A DNA stretch of 41,307 bases from a virus (Duplodnaviria > Caudoviricetes). The position numbers were made by a program, and so were the translations under genes. The notes under the pieces were generated by a model. That model searched no databases, was not told the origin of the DNA, and saw nothing but the letters and a program-made list of their open reading frames with translations. The stretch is from positions 1 through 41,307 of the IMG/VR virus record IMGVR_UViG_3300010366_000007. One strand, 5' to 3'. Below, piece by piece: positions 16,436-24,375 of this stretch (within the stretch, counting starts at the first letter, position 1; every line of letters begins with the position of its first letter).

Positions 16436-16629
16436 GACTGTGCTCCGGCGATGCGTGCCGCGTTATTCATAGCGTCGGTTTTTGTGGTGTAGGTACCCAG
16501 TACCACCGGGTGAGAGGCAAACGGTAGCGCCATGGCGTACCAAGCACGGGCGCCTTTCTGGACTCCGTAGAGTCCAGTGCCGCGCGAGCCGGTCCACATC
16601 TTTTGCGACCGGTTGTATGTCCAGTTCAC
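16432..16629 (-). CDS. Hypothetical protein
   Basis: 65 aa, GGAGG SD, GTGA coupled. Confidence 0.6.
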   Translation of the reverse strand: MNWTYNRSQKMWTGSRGTGLYGVQKGARAWYAMALPFASHPVVLGTYTTKTDAMNNAARIAGAQS

Positions 16630-16895
16630 GAGTTATCGTCCTCCGCGTACGCGGACTCGATACGTTCGCCATGATCGCAGTACAGGTGCGGGTCTTCCCA
16701 ATTGATGTTGCCGTCAACGATGAGTTCGTCTGAGTAGTTGCCCTCGGCATTGGCGTGCTCGGGGCACAGCACGGCGTTGGATTCGGTCAGATAGAAGAGC
16801 GGGTACCCGCCGGGCCAGGCGTAGGCGGGTAGTTGCCCATCGGTCATGTTGTCCGCGCCAACGTAGGCGATAACGGACGGGGCGATGCGTGTCAC
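16626..16895 (-). CDS. Conserved phage hypothetical protein (YAWPGGYP motif)
   Basis: AYAWPGGYPLFY...LC...INWED..LYCDH.ERIESAY; AGGAGACCCAC leader. Confidence 0.75.
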   Translation of the reverse strand: MTRIAPSVIAYVGADNMTDGQLPAYAWPGGYPLFYLTESNAVLCPEHANAEGNYSDELIVDGNINWEDPHLYCDHGERIESAYAEDDNS

Positions 16896-16948
16896 GGTGT
16901 GGGTCTCCTCGCTACTCGGAATGTAGGTGAGTGAGTAGCGTGGCAGGG

Positions 16949-16977
16949 ATAGTATCCAATGGATACCTAGGATGCAA
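16949..16977 (-). promoter_or_regulatory. Strong sigma70-type promoter with overlapping palindromic operator
   Basis: Minus strand TTGCAT-17 bp-TACTAT; palindrome GTATCCA-A-TGGATAC at 16952-16966. Confidence 0.75.
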
Positions 16978-17026
16978 GGGTTAAGGGCTACAAATCGTTG
17001 AGAAATCGCAACCAGAGGGGGAATTT

Positions 17027-17587
17027 GTGCCTATGCCCAGGGATCCAATGGAGACCAAGCACGCGGATACCCTGCTGGCAGTTAGGCAGGCACAACAGGC
17101 CAGGGCGGGGGAGAATCCAAGTCAAGAGCGGTCGGTAAGCGACAGTCCGCCAGTGCGCGTGAACAAGTCGGGAAGGTTTGCTCGTGTGCACGCCGTGCAG
17201 CTAAAGCGAGCGTTCCTGGAAGCGTACTCCAAGTACGGAAACATCGGTCACTGTGCTGACCTAGTTGGTATCGGCCGAAACCTGATCTATACGTGGCAGG
17301 AACAAGATCAGGAATTCTCCCTAGCCTTCCAGCAAGCTGAGAAGCGCGCGATTGAGACGCTAGAGCACGAGGCATGGCGCCGCGCAGTAGAGGGATCCCC
17401 CTACACGCGCACATCCTATTACCGGGGTGAGCCGGTGGGTACCGATCACAAGATTGAGTACTCAGACCAGCTGCTTACCCTGTTGCTCCGGGCCAAGGTG
17501 CCGGAGCGCTACCGTGACAGGGTTGACGTCAACGTGTCACAGGTAGTCAAGACGATAGCCGGGGTCGACCCCGCTAGCGTCCTGTAA
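17027..17587 (+). CDS. terS: Terminase small subunit
   Basis: HTH (FLEAY...NIGHCADLVGIGRNLIYTW), LEHEAWRRAVEG, YSDQLLTLLLRA..PERYR; upstream of terL. Confidence 0.8.
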   Translation: MPMPRDPMETKHADTLLAVRQAQQARAGENPSQERSVSDSPPVRVNKSGRFARVHAVQLKRAFLEAYSKYGNIGHCADLVGIGRNLIYTWQEQDQEFSLAFQQAEKRAIETLEHEAWRRAVEGSPYTRTSYYRGEPVGTDHKIEYSDQLLTLLLRAKVPERYRDRVDVNVSQVVKTIAGVDPASVL

Positions 17588-17815
17588 GCAACACCGTAGA
17601 GCAACACTGGTTGCTCCGGGGGCTTACCTCAATCTCACCAGACCCTATCTGCACGTCTTCTGCACGAGAAGAAGGGGTAGCCCGGGCCCTAGAAGGTAGC
17701 GCGCGCGAGGGAGAACGGCTGTTCTAGCCCTCGGCGGGGGTGGGGTGGCACGGGGACGTGCCCCCGCGCGAGTCGCCCGCCCGGTTTCCTCTAGGCCAGA
17801 TTCCAGAAATTCCAC

Positions 17816-18019
17816 ATGAGCGAAAACCAATTCCGGGAACCCCGCTGGTGCGGCCGGTGTCAGCAGTGGTACGCCGGCTCAATCTGTCGGAGGTGCGTGC
17901 TGCGCAACGAGCGGGCCAATGACCATGACCCCCGCCGTTTCGGGCGGGCTCGTAAGGCAGGAGACGGGGAGATTATGAATCGTTCTGATATAGAGGTCCA
18001 GGGCAAACAGGGCACTTGA
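17816..18019 (+). CDS. Small CxxC hypothetical protein
   Basis: CGRC..CRRC; 67 aa. Confidence 0.45.
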   Translation: MSENQFREPRWCGRCQQWYAGSICRRCVLRNERANDHDPRRFGRARKAGDGEIMNRSDIEVQGKQGT

Positions 18020-18033
18020 CATAGGAGTTATTG

Positions 18034-18210
18034 ATGACTGAGACCCACACTGAGATGCCGCGCCTGCTGCGGCCGGAGTTCTTGATCATGCTGCACGAGG
18101 CGGCGAGCGAAGCGCAGGACGAGCAGCACCCCTTGCTGCACCGCTGGGGACTGCACTTGATGGAAGACTGGCGATCTCTGGAGTTGTCTGCGGAGAAATT
18201 CCGCCAGTGA
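18034..18210 (+). CDS. 58-aa hypothetical protein (not in ORF track)
   Basis: AGGAG SD; MTETHTEMPRLLRPEFLIMLHEAASEAQDEQHPLLHRWGLHLMEDWRSLELSAEKFRQ*. Confidence 0.6.
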   Translation: MTETHTEMPRLLRPEFLIMLHEAASEAQDEQHPLLHRWGLHLMEDWRSLELSAEKFRQ

Positions 18211-18470
18211 AGCCCAACTATGAGCACCGCTGCTCGCAGTTCTGTACGGATCGGAAGGGCAAGCCCCGCACGGGGTCGCAGTGGATCCACGTTCAGGGTA
18301 GGACGCTCTGGGTGTGTGAGCCGTGTGCCCAGTCCATCGGGCGCCACTACGGTATCCCCACCAGGGCGCAGAGCCGACGGGTGTGGGCGCAGTTGATGCG
18401 GCGCGGCCAGCTGGGTCTGGACCTGACGGTCGGAGACCCACTCACAACCGCCAGGTCCAGCCAGGGATAA
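18207..18470 (+). CDS. Small Zn-finger-like protein
   Basis: CSQFC..CEPC; GTGA coupled. Confidence 0.55.
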   Translation: MKPNYEHRCSQFCTDRKGKPRTGSQWIHVQGRTLWVCEPCAQSIGRHYGIPTRAQSRRVWAQLMRRGQLGLDLTVGDPLTTARSSQG

Positions 18471-18472
18471 GT

Positions 18473-19792
18473 ATGCCGCAGCTGGCCAGGGTGGAGCCCG
18501 GGACGTCGGCCCAGCCGGCCGAGGCGCCCTACCAGCCGTTCGGGGCCGCCCTGGAGTTGTTCAAGTCGAGGCGGCGGGAGGTGCTGCTGGCGGGACCGGC
18601 GGGGACGGGTAAGAGCCGCGCGTGTTTGGAGAAGCTGAACCTGGTCGCCATGCAGCGGCCCATTCGGGGCGCCATCATCAGGAAGACGCGGAAGAGCATC
18701 ACCCAGTCGGCCATGATCACCTTCGAGACCAAGGTGCTGCCGACGCCCAATCAGGTCACCTTCCACACCGGCGACCAGGAGTATCGCTATCCCTCCGGGG
18801 CCACGATCATGGTCGCCGGGTTGGATGACGCGGACAAGATCGGCTCCACCGAGTTCGACGTGGTGTACGTCCAGGAAGCCACGGAGTTGGAGGAAGACGA
18901 TTGGGGCATGCTGTTGCGCGGCCTCCGCAATAACGTCCTGTCCTATCAGCAGATTATTGCGGATTGCAACCCCGGTCCTCCGGAGCACTGGCTGAAGCAG
19001 CGCTGTGATCGGGGCGACTGCCAGCTGCTGGAGTCGTCCCACCAGGACAACCCCACGCTGTACGCCCTGGGCGACTGGACCGAGTTCGGTCGGACGTATA
19101 TGCAGTCGCTGGATTCCCTGAGCGGTTACCTCCACCGCCGGCTCCGCCTCGGAGAGTGGTGCGCGGCTGAGGGCATGTACTTCACCGAGTGGGATCCCAG
19201 GGTGCATGTGGTGCCAGCCTTCGAGATCCCCGAGCACTGGCCCAAGTGGTTGTCGGTCGACTACGGCTACGCCGCGCCGTTCTGCTGCCTCTGGTTCGCC
19301 AGAGAACCGGAAACCAGGCGCATCTACATCTATCGGGAGGTCTACGGCGCCGGGCTGCGGGACGAGCAGCAGGCCCAGCGCATCGTGGACAAGACCGGCG
19401 ACGAGAAGGTCAACCTCAGGATCCTGGACCCCTCGATGTTCAATCTGAGGACCGAGCAGCAGCGGCCATCCATCGCCGCCGTCTATGCCGCCCACGGCGT
19501 GTACCCCGTCTTCCCTGGCATGAACAATCGGAAGCAGGGCTGGGCCATCACCAGGCGGGCCCTGGCGCATGACTCCGGGGCGGCGCGTCTTCAGGTGCTA
19601 GCTGGAGCCGCGCCTAACCTGGTCAGGACGCTGCCCACTATGGTGGTCGATCCGCTCGATCCCGAGGACGTGGCGGACGCCATCCGTGGAAGTAAGACCG
19701 AGGACCACGCCGTGGACGCCCTCAGATACGGACTGTGCGCCGAGGCGCAGCCGCCCCGGCCGCGCGAGGCCACCGCACTCAGGTTTGGATAG
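18473..19792 (+). CDS. terL: Terminase large subunit
   Basis: Walker A GPAGTGKS, Walker B VYVQEATE, DCNP, RNase H-like SVDYG and DHAVDALRY. Confidence 0.95.
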   Translation: MPQLARVEPGTSAQPAEAPYQPFGAALELFKSRRREVLLAGPAGTGKSRACLEKLNLVAMQRPIRGAIIRKTRKSITQSAMITFETKVLPTPNQVTFHTGDQEYRYPSGATIMVAGLDDADKIGSTEFDVVYVQEATELEEDDWGMLLRGLRNNVLSYQQIIADCNPGPPEHWLKQRCDRGDCQLLESSHQDNPTLYALGDWTEFGRTYMQSLDSLSGYLHRRLRLGEWCAAEGMYFTEWDPRVHVVPAFEIPEHWPKWLSVDYGYAAPFCCLWFAREPETRRIYIYREVYGAGLRDEQQAQRIVDKTGDEKVNLRILDPSMFNLRTEQQRPSIAAVYAAHGVYPVFPGMNNRKQGWAITRRALAHDSGAARLQVLAGAAPNLVRTLPTMVVDPLDPEDVADAIRGSKTEDHAVDALRYGLCAEAQPPRPREATALRFG

Positions 19793-19802
19793 GGAGGCAC
19801 GC

Positions 19803-20075
19803 ATGGCTTGGAAGCGACCGGACCAGATGAGCGACGCCGAGTTCAAGGGCGCCGTGATCTACCTGCTGCACCACCAGCAGGCCATCGAGATGCACCTGAC
19901 CGAGGTGGTGTGCCTGGTGCTGACGACTCTGGACGAGTGCGAGCCGCCCTCCGAGGCGGAGTACCGCTCCACCCTGGAGAGCCTGGTCGACTTCCTCAAG
20001 GAGACCACCAGCAAGCTCGAGCAGATCAATGACGCGACCGACCAGCTGCTGGCAGAGCAGCACTCCATGAACTGA
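19803..20075 (+). CDS. Hypothetical helical protein
   Basis: AGGGAGG SD, ATG at 19803, TGATG coupling to the portal. Confidence 0.65.
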   Translation: MAWKRPDQMSDAEFKGAVIYLLHHQQAIEMHLTEVVCLVLTTLDECEPPSEAEYRSTLESLVDFLKETTSKLEQINDATDQLLAEQHSMN

Positions 20076-22201
20076 TGGCGACCTTCTCTCAGTCCGCCCC
20101 CAAGGGCTGGGGGAAGTCTGCGTCGCAGGAAGAGACCATGGAGCGCCAGACGCTGGAGCTTGCCCAGCAGCTGCAACGCGACTTCCATGACCGCGACGCA
20201 CTGTACGCGGATATCGACGCCGCGCTGTTTTCCAATTTCCCGGTGGAAATACCGGATGCGTACAGGAAAACGGCCATCGAGGTGCGCGCTCCACTCGCAC
20301 TCCACATCGCCCAGAACGTGTCGGCGGCACTGTCCGTAAACCCCCCGTCAATCCAGTTCCGGCCCATTGGATTCGGTGATGTATATCAGGAGAATTCCAC
20401 CCGCCGCGAGCGGTTTTTCGAGGCCAGCTGGAGTCGGCAGGAACAGGAGGCCCGGCGGCAATTAGCGCGGTTGTTTATGTGGTCTCTCGCGGTCAAAGGC
20501 GAAGGTATCCTGAAAACACTGGAGCGCAGTGCGGCCGTCTGGAGCACATACGGGGATAAGGCGGACGAGTACCAGAAGCAGCTGGAATCGGACGGATTGG
20601 ACCAGCATGCGCAGGATATTGCGTACGACAAACACACCGAGAATCTGAAGCTCGCACTGCCCTATCCAATTGCCACAACCGACGTTCCTCCGGAGACGTT
20701 TTATTACACCCAGAATGAAAACGGAATGACGTCGGTGGTGGAAATAAAAGACGTGCCGTACCTGGAGGCGCTGGAGCGCTTCGGTGCCGGGCTGGACTCC
20801 AGCGGCAATGTGGTGGCACCCTCCACCTGGAGTGGCCACGATCCCCGCGCGGCTGGCCTGGCGCGACCGGAGTGGGCGCGGGTGATGAAGAGCGCGGGCT
20901 CCACCAACATCAAGTGCATCGAGGCCTGGGATGAAAACGTCCAGGTCATCTGCTTGCAGGGTCCGAATCAGCAGGCGCGCGGCACCGACAAGGCGACGTT
21001 GTGCAAGGTCACCAGGCATTCCTATGGGGATCCCTACCTGCACACCCTGCGCGGCCCGTACTTCCACGCCCTGGGCATCACCACCGCCTCCAGGTTGCCC
21101 GAGCACGCTGGCCTGAGCGTGCTCTTCGGCTACATCCAGCTGTTCAGGATGCTGGACTCGCTGCTGACCATCCAGGCCAACTCGGCGTACATCACCGGCT
21201 TCCCCGCGTATAAGGAGACCCAGAACCCCAACGCCATCCCGAATCTGCCGTGGGGCACCGACGGCAAGGAGCAGGCAGCCCAGCCCAAGATCGAGCCGGG
21301 CAAGCTGTACCCCTTCGACATCAGCCCCATCGACCAGCCCCAGGGCGGCGCCGATCTCAGCAAGGTCTTGCAGAACATCCAGGCCCTGGTGGAGCGCGCC
21401 ATGCCGGCCGCTTTCTCTGGCGCGGTGGGCGCCGACCAGAGCGGCTACGCCCTGAACCAGGCCGCCTACCTGGCCGGGCTCGCCTTCAACCCCATTGTGG
21501 CCAACGCCGAGGTTGCCCTGGCCGAAAGGACCGGCTTCGAAAGCTGGCTGATCGAGAACAGGATCTCGGAGAACGTGTACGCCTGGGGCGAGCAGGAGGG
21601 CAAAAAAGGCGGGCGCGGCGCGGGGCTGGTCAAGGGCAGCTGGCTCCAGATCGGTCCGGACGACCTGGACGGCGTGCACCGCTACACGGTCAAGCTCAGC
21701 CCCAGCACCCCCAGCAACGAGATCATCGAGATCAGGGCCATTGGCGAAAAGATGCAGTTGAAGTTGATCAGCTATGAGGATGCTGTCACCGACGCGGGTG
21801 GCAACCCGGACGAGGTGGAGCAAAGCTGGTTGCTGCACGACCTGAAGCAGTCGCCCGAGATCCAGCAGCAGCTGAAGGACGCGGTGTTCCAGAAGCTGGG
21901 CACGATCCAGGCCAAGCGCATGAATGCCCCCGGCAACCCGAGCATGGCGGAGCTTGCCGGGATGCCGCCGGGTGGGCCTCCAGCTGGCCCGCCCACCGGA
22001 GTACCGGGCACGCCGGGCACTCCCCCGAGCGGCAACCTGGGCGGTATGCCAGGTAATCCGGTGCCGAGTCCTGGGCAGGGTCTCCCGTTCGCCCCGCCCC
22101 CGCGCGGTCCGGCGCCAGGCCTGCCGCCCGGAGGCATTCCGGGCACGCCCGTGGTGCCTAGCCCGCCGCCCAATAGCTTGCCGATTGGACCAGGTCGCTG
22201 A
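20075..22201 (+). CDS. Portal protein with Pro/Gly-rich C-terminal tail
   Basis: 708 aa directly after terL, helical, portal-like SGYALNQ segment; assigned by position and size. Confidence 0.75.
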   Translation: MATFSQSAPKGWGKSASQEETMERQTLELAQQLQRDFHDRDALYADIDAALFSNFPVEIPDAYRKTAIEVRAPLALHIAQNVSAALSVNPPSIQFRPIGFGDVYQENSTRRERFFEASWSRQEQEARRQLARLFMWSLAVKGEGILKTLERSAAVWSTYGDKADEYQKQLESDGLDQHAQDIAYDKHTENLKLALPYPIATTDVPPETFYYTQNENGMTSVVEIKDVPYLEALERFGAGLDSSGNVVAPSTWSGHDPRAAGLARPEWARVMKSAGSTNIKCIEAWDENVQVICLQGPNQQARGTDKATLCKVTRHSYGDPYLHTLRGPYFHALGITTASRLPEHAGLSVLFGYIQLFRMLDSLLTIQANSAYITGFPAYKETQNPNAIPNLPWGTDGKEQAAQPKIEPGKLYPFDISPIDQPQGGADLSKVLQNIQALVERAMPAAFSGAVGADQSGYALNQAAYLAGLAFNPIVANAEVALAERTGFESWLIENRISENVYAWGEQEGKKGGRGAGLVKGSWLQIGPDDLDGVHRYTVKLSPSTPSNEIIEIRAIGEKMQLKLISYEDAVTDAGGNPDEVEQSWLLHDLKQSPEIQQQLKDAVFQKLGTIQAKRMNAPGNPSMAELAGMPPGGPPAGPPTGVPGTPGTPPSGNLGGMPGNPVPSPGQGLPFAPPPRGPAPGLPPGGIPGTPVVPSPPPNSLPIGPGR

Positions 22202-22629
22202 TGCCCTCCCAGAACATCCTCGACGCGGTGGCCACCGACCTGGCGGTGTGGCTGGATCAGGAGTCGACGCGCATCGCGGCAGCCATGGCGCCCCAGGGCA
22301 CCGCCCCGTTTGCGGCCAACCTCTCAGAAGAGCAGAAGCTCCAGTACTACCGTGCCCAGCTGTTCAATCCGGACGGCACCCCGAATACCGCTGGCAGGGC
22401 GCAGCAGATCCAGCGCCTGGGCCCGGAGGGCTTCACCCAGGTGTACAAGGCGGTGCTGAAGGCCTACCCGGACCTGAAGTTGCCCACTCCGCCAGGCATG
22501 GCCGGCGGGCCGATGACCCAGACCCCGCCGCCGCAAGCCCCTTCGCCGGTGCCCGTGCCGTTCCTGCCGCGCGGCGCGGCGACCGCGCCCATGCCCAACA
22601 TCACGCCCATCGTGCCGTCTGGAGGCTAA
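22201..22629 (+). CDS. Virion-associated hypothetical protein with Pro-rich tail
   Basis: 142 aa, TGATG coupled. Confidence 0.7.
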   Translation: MPSQNILDAVATDLAVWLDQESTRIAAAMAPQGTAPFAANLSEEQKLQYYRAQLFNPDGTPNTAGRAQQIQRLGPEGFTQVYKAVLKAYPDLKLPTPPGMAGGPMTQTPPPQAPSPVPVPFLPRGAATAPMPNITPIVPSGG

Positions 22630-22635
22630 TGCCTG

Positions 22636-24372
22636 ATGCCGATTGATCCCCAAAACACGCAGAACCTGATCACTGGCTGGGATCAGGCCGCGCAGCAGGC
22701 GTACTACAACGCCAAGCTCCAGGGTGATGCCGACTCGCTGGCGTACCAGAAGGCCTCTGCTGCCATGCAGCAGTACGGCAACATGATGCAGAACTTCGGC
22801 TGGGCGCCCGGCGGCAACATGACCGACTACAACAGCCTGGCCGCCAACGCGCCGCCGATGGGCACGCCCACGCTCCAGGCTGGCCAGGCGTTCGGCAGCA
22901 TCGGCTACATCCCCGGCTACACGGGTGTGGACGCCGGCCAGACGATGGGCCAGCTGGCGCAGTCCCAGAGCTTGGCCAGCAACGCGGCCGGCATCACCGG
23001 CATGTACGCCGCGCCGCGCCAGTCGGCGTACACGCCAGGCACATTCGTCAGGCTGGACCCCAGCACCTACGACTACGGCCAGTACGGGGACCAGGTCAGC
23101 TACGTCACCGGCTCCGGCCAGCTCCAGCGCGTCTCGCTGCCGCAGGCCAGGGCGATGGGCTGGAACGGCGACCTGGGCTCGATGGCCACCATCTCGGCCG
23201 AGCAGGCGATCAACCTGGAGCAAGCCGCGCCCCAGAACGCACCAACGCTCAGTCTCCAGGGCCTGTCGACGTACGCCAACCTGAATGCCTCGGCGCTCAA
23301 CCAGGCGCTCCAGCAGGCCGGTGCGACGGGTATGTACACCGCGCCGGGTCAGGTGTTGCCACCGGGCACCAACGCGGGTGGCGGCCGCTTTCAGGATCTG
23401 CCCGCCAACATCCAGCAGGCCTACTACACGGGCAACGGCGGCGACTGGAATGCGGCCATGAACAAGTGGGTTGCCGACTCGAACGCGGCGATCCAGCAGG
23501 CGTACGCCAACGCCGGCGGCCAGGGTCAGGCACCGGGCCTGGCCACACCCGGCACGCCGCAGGAGACGCTTGCGGCGCAGCAGCAGTACTTCACCCAGGC
23601 CTACAACCTGGCCAACCAGTACGGCCAGTACTACACCCCGAACACGCCCACCGGGACGTATCAGGCGGGGGTGAATGGACCGCAGCAGGGGCAACTGACG
23701 CTGGCGAATATCGCACAGCAGAACCAGATCGCCCAGAACTGGGCGCAGCAATACGGCTACGTACCGCAGTTCGATAGCAACGGCCAGCCCATCTTCCAGG
23801 CCGGTGCCAACGGGCAGCCGGCGACCACGCTGGCGGCGCAGGAGCAAGCCTACACCCAGTGGCTCCGTAGCCAGCAACAGGCCGACACGGAGTGGCAGCA
23901 GCAACAGACCGCCAGCCAGAACTACCTGACTCTGCTCTCCAACCTGCGGGGTCCAGCTGACTGGGCGCAGTACCAGAAGGTGCTCGGCGCCACGCCCCAG
24001 GGCACCCAGGATCTGGTGAGAGCCGCAGCGGGCCAGTACATCCCTGGAGGTGGAGCGACCACCGGCGTCCAGCCTCAGGCCGCCAACCTGAACACGCTGT
24101 ACGACCAGGCCACCGGCTCCAATACCAGCGGCCTGTATGGCGGCGGCAACACCGGCCAGCAGCAACTCCAGAACATGCAGAACACGCTGGTCGCGCCCAA
24201 TCAGATGGCGCCCCAGACCTGGAACGCGCTGGCCCCCAGCCAGCAACAGATGCTTCTCGGCGTCTGGGAGTCCCAGGGCTACAGCCAGGATGACGCGAAG
24301 GCACTCTTCCAGCAGAGCCTGCCGAAGTACGCCACGGGCGCCCCAGCTGGCGGATCCTTCCGCTTGCAGTAA
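22636..24372 (+). CDS. Q/N/G/Y-rich putative ejection (internal virion) protein
   Basis: 578 aa, very few charged residues, TLAAQ-like repeats. Confidence 0.6.
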   Translation: MPIDPQNTQNLITGWDQAAQQAYYNAKLQGDADSLAYQKASAAMQQYGNMMQNFGWAPGGNMTDYNSLAANAPPMGTPTLQAGQAFGSIGYIPGYTGVDAGQTMGQLAQSQSLASNAAGITGMYAAPRQSAYTPGTFVRLDPSTYDYGQYGDQVSYVTGSGQLQRVSLPQARAMGWNGDLGSMATISAEQAINLEQAAPQNAPTLSLQGLSTYANLNASALNQALQQAGATGMYTAPGQVLPPGTNAGGGRFQDLPANIQQAYYTGNGGDWNAAMNKWVADSNAAIQQAYANAGGQGQAPGLATPGTPQETLAAQQQYFTQAYNLANQYGQYYTPNTPTGTYQAGVNGPQQGQLTLANIAQQNQIAQNWAQQYGYVPQFDSNGQPIFQAGANGQPATTLAAQEQAYTQWLRSQQQADTEWQQQQTASQNYLTLLSNLRGPADWAQYQKVLGATPQGTQDLVRAAAGQYIPGGGATTGVQPQAANLNTLYDQATGSNTSGLYGGGNTGQQQLQNMQNTLVAPNQMAPQTWNALAPSQQQMLLGVWESQGYSQDDAKALFQQSLPKYATGAPAGGSFRLQ

Positions 24373-24375
24373 CCC

